This document shows, piece after piece, positions 62,810-64,000 of a stretch of 64,000 bases of DNA. Source of the stretch: Haemophilus parainfluenzae (lineage in GTDB: Bacteria; Pseudomonadota; Gammaproteobacteria; Enterobacterales; Pasteurellaceae). A model generated the notes under the pieces. The model made no database searches. It worked only from the letters and a program-made list of their open reading frames with translations, and had not been told where the DNA came from. The number at the start of each line of letters is the position of its first letter. Position 1 is the stretch's first letter. A program made the position numbers and the translations under genes. Location: contig CAUPWR010000011.1 in NCBI GenBank assembly GCA_963515445.1, forward strand, positions 617 to 64,616, written 5' to 3'.

Positions 62810-63312
62810 TGCGACAATCCTTCTGAAGTCAATAAAGCAGGGTAGTGAGCAAGATTTAATCTTGAAGCTAAGTCATCCCCTGGCGTTGGCATTAAGGTTA
62901 AATCCGGTGCTAATTGGCGTAACTCGCTTAATTCGTTTGTTGTTTTAACGCTTACTACAAGTCCCATTGCACCAATTTTTTTAAGGTAATTATAATTAGC
63001 GTGTAGCCAATTTTTAGATAAGTTATCTGTTCCAATAAGAAAAATAGGCAACATTCCAGGAAGATTCATTCTGACTGGTTGTATTTGGCCCGGTGTCATT
63101 CTATGTGAGATAACAGGTAAAATATCCGCTTCGGTCAATGTTGAAGGAACGCTATTAGGGTAGGCTTGAACCATTGATTCATCCGGTTGTAATGCTTCAT
63201 AAAAACGGACTGCACTTTCTCCGCCAAAATCACCAATAACTTTTAATTCAGCTTGCGCCTGAACTACTGCTCCTAAGCAGACCAAAGAGAGGAAAAAGGA
63301 TTTATACTGCAT
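62806..63312 (-). CDS. ICE protein (TIGR03765-like)
   Basis: PIFLIG.D..S..WL, GDDLA.RL.L.HYPAL. Confidence 0.82.
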   Translation of the reverse strand: MQYKSFFLSLVCLGAVVQAQAELKVIGDFGGESAVRFYEALQPDESMVQAYPNSVPSTLTEADILPVISHRMTPGQIQPVRMNLPGMLPIFLIGTDNLSKNWLHANYNYLKKIGAMGLVVSVKTTNELSELRQLAPDLTLMPTPGDDLASRLNLAHYPALLTSEGLSQ

Positions 63313-63327
63313 AATTCTGTTCTCGTA

Positions 63328-64000
63328 TTAATTGGTTGGATTTTGCCAACGAATAGCTTGTTGATTTGTTTGATTTGACGCTGGCTCAACCCAACGCATA
63401 GCGGTTTCTGTTGGAGAAACCCAATGTAAATTGGCTGGTAATGGTTTATTCTCAATTTGATAACGTGGTGATACTGAAGGGCGCTGGAAGTTAGCTATTT
63501 GTTTACTGACATTAAAACGCTCACTTTGATAAACAAGAAAGCCTTGTACCGACATTCCTTTTTTCATCCCGTTACGCTTCATATTTAGAATATCTTCACG
63601 TGTTGCTCTACCTTGTAGCGCTCGATGTAAACCATCTATACCGATATTATGAGCAAGATATAAATTTTCATGGGATGGTTTTATGCCTCGCTCAAAAAAC
63701 TGATTAATATGCCATCTAGCTAAAAGTGCGGTTGCTAGAGTGTTAAGTTGATTGTTTTTTCTAGGGTCGAAAGGTGTATCACGATTGTAACGAGTGATTT
63801 GAGTCATACCTAAGGCTCGCCCCTCATCAGTTGTTGCAAGCCAATTCCAGGTGCCCCGGGTAAATTGCCCCACACCGGTTGCCCCGGTTGGGGAAACATT
63901 TCCATACCACCCATCTTCAATTTTTACTAACCCACGTAGCATCGCTTCATCGACCTGGTAGCGATTAGATGCATCTTTAATATAGCCATCAATATCAGTT
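63328..64000 (-). CDS. Lytic transglycosylase (VirB1-like), 5'-partial
   Basis: Frame is open to the window end (YIKDASNRYQVDEAMLRGLVKIE), SPTGATGVGQF, YLAHN.G. Confidence 0.8.
   Translation of the reverse strand, partial: TDIDGYIKDASNRYQVDEAMLRGLVKIEDGWYGNVSPTGATGVGQFTRGTWNWLATTDEGRALGMTQITRYNRDTPFDPRKNNQLNTLATALLARWHINQFFERGIKPSHENLYLAHNIGIDGLHRALQGRATREDILNMKRNGMKKGMSVQGFLVYQSERFNVSKQIANFQRPSVSPRYQIENKPLPANLHWVSPTETAMRWVEPASNQTNQQAIRWQNPTN

Overview
Pasteurellaceae chromosome, Haemophilus-like (frequent AAGTGCGGT uptake sequences; species not determinable from this window alone). 1-27.6 kb is host DNA: a 5'-truncated CdiA/FhaB-type exoprotein with a C-terminal toxin domain but only a 21-codon stub where the immunity gene should be, then corC-lnt-mlaFEDCB-ibaG-murA, yggS, the attenuated thrLABC operon, a PTS EIICB, a PPTase, hflKC and a frameshifted tri-haem cytochrome c peroxidase. 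From 27691 to beyond the window end is an ICEHin1056/PFGI-1-type integrative conjugative element starting at a duplicated 3' fragment of tRNA-Leu(TAA). It carries a tyrosine integrase split at an A8 tract, a MobH relaxase, a HEPN Abi gene, a resolvase cassette, a phage-like operon, methylase/ArdC leading genes, a GI-type T4SS, and Tn2 with blaTEM-1b behind a 135-bp-deletion strong promoter. Most interesting candidates: (i) a four-copy, covarying three-hairpin switch (antiterminator / terminator / anti-SD) in front of ICE leading genes; (ii) a T4SS protein fused to a GH24 lysozyme, followed by a putative periplasmic inhibitor; (iii) a HEPN Abi gene with a divergent ~125-nt candidate antitoxin RNA. 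Family names come from motif and synteny recognition; no database search was run.
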